From the human T2T-CHM13v2.0 reference genome, Homo sapiens, in NCBI RefSeq assembly GCF_009914755.1, contig NC_060937.1: a stretch of DNA of 64,000 bases. One strand, written 5' to 3'. The notes beneath the pieces are model-generated. The model did not search any database and had not been told where the DNA came from. It saw nothing but the letters and a program-made list of their open reading frames with translations. Within the stretch, counting starts at the first letter, position 1, and each line of letters begins with the position of its first letter. Shown in pieces: positions 62,681 to 64,000 of this stretch. The position numbers were made by a program, and so were the translations under genes.

Positions 62681-64000
62681 AATATTATGCTAAAAGACCC
62701 CCTCAGTTGAGGATGAGGATACAAACAATCTGTCTTCACCTACTGGATAGGATGAAATTAGTCAAAAGGGTGAAGGAGAAAAGAGACTTGTCTAGCTACC
62801 CTACTGCAACGTTATAGATAGAGATCCAGAGGTCACAGTCCCCTTACCTGCTCAAGGCCCTGTGACTCAAAAAAGAGAAAAGTAGGATTCTAGTCTGTCT
62901 ATTTATCCCTTGATAAAAGCATCAGTTCTAGGCCTGCGGTATTCTCTAGGATGCTTCGGACAAAGCAATTTCCCTAGCTCTGTAAGTGAGACTATTAGCA
63001 AACTGAGGTCTCAGGGTTGGGTGATATATGTGGAAGGAGACTGTGAATCTTTTGGAGACCGTGAGCGATGTTAAATCAAAATTTTCACTGCCACGGCATT
63101 TCATCATTGTGAAATGTCATTTTCTTAGACAATTAGGTCTCCAAATTCTGCCAAAGGCCACTTAGTCTTTCCTTTCTCTTCTAGGAAGGAATGTGCCTAA
63201 ATTTTCCCAGAATAACGGGTGTTTCCTTCAGAGAAATAGATTGCTCAACCTGGCTCAGTGGCAGCCAAATCCAGAGAATAACAAAATTTAGGGCAGAATT
63301 TTTTTTTTCATATCATACCAAGAGTACTGTATAGAAATCCAAGGTACTGCATGATGGTCTGTGCTTAACTATGACAAAAAAAAAAAAAAAAGGGACTCAG
63401 AGGTTGCTATTGCTTAGTTATAACGGTGACAAACCCCTTAAGACTTTGATCAGACACTCAGGTTGTAACTTGTGGCATAACTATGGAGCATCGCCTGGGA
63501 AAGAATGGGAAACTACTTCCCTGACCAGTCTTTTAGCTTGTTTCCAGTTTAGGAGACTATAATGCAAACTGTCTATGCAAAACCAGGAATAACCTAGCTC
63601 TTTTAAGAGAGGGCTGAGGCTGAGGGAATGAAATACTTAAATGATTAGATAATTAATGATTAAATGCTGCTGGATCCAAGATTGGTGCTTTCTACTATTT
63701 CCTCTTTGTTCCTGGGCAGGACCTGAAGGTCCCTTGCAAAACCTCCAGATTGCCTTAAAGAATCTCTCCAAGCCTTGCTACCTACCTGCATTCTATACCT
63801 CCTTCTCCTTCTTCTCATGTCCCTGCCTCTTTCTCCCCCATTCCTTTATACCTGGGTTGTTTCTTCCTACTCAGCCCTTTAGTTAGTTGTCTTATTAAAT
63901 TGTGTTTTTTTCTGGGTCTCTACTCGTTTGTTAAGAGCAGTTGATCACCCTCAGTAGTGACTGACTAGAGGAACACTCTCCATGTTGGTTTCTGGCACAG

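Overview
AT-rich primate (most likely human) genomic DNA, intronic or intergenic and dominated by interspersed repeats: Alu/FAM/FLAM, MIR, L1, L2, MaLR and ERV1 solo LTRs, and hAT/Tigger/Mariner DNA-transposon fossils. I can support no intact cellular protein-coding gene, RNA gene or CRISPR array. All long ORFs are decayed L1 ORF1/ORF2 pieces or repeat-derived noise. Repeat family names come from remembered consensus sequences, so subfamily calls are approximate. The most interesting signals are local DNA-copying events. (1) An 87-bp inverted copy of a locus-specific chimeric Alu junction sits about 270 bp from its source, at a TT/AAAA site with a TSD-like repeat (55377-55824). (2) Two tail-to-tail inverted L1PA elements share many non-consensus variants over about 600 bp, consistent with gene conversion (27791-31290). 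(3) Two L1s lie head-to-head at one T7-G-A7 site, one with a possible short 3' transduction. (4) There are several fold-back/template-switch palindromes, a pre-miRNA-sized hairpin and a candidate 45-nt plus-strand micro-exon.
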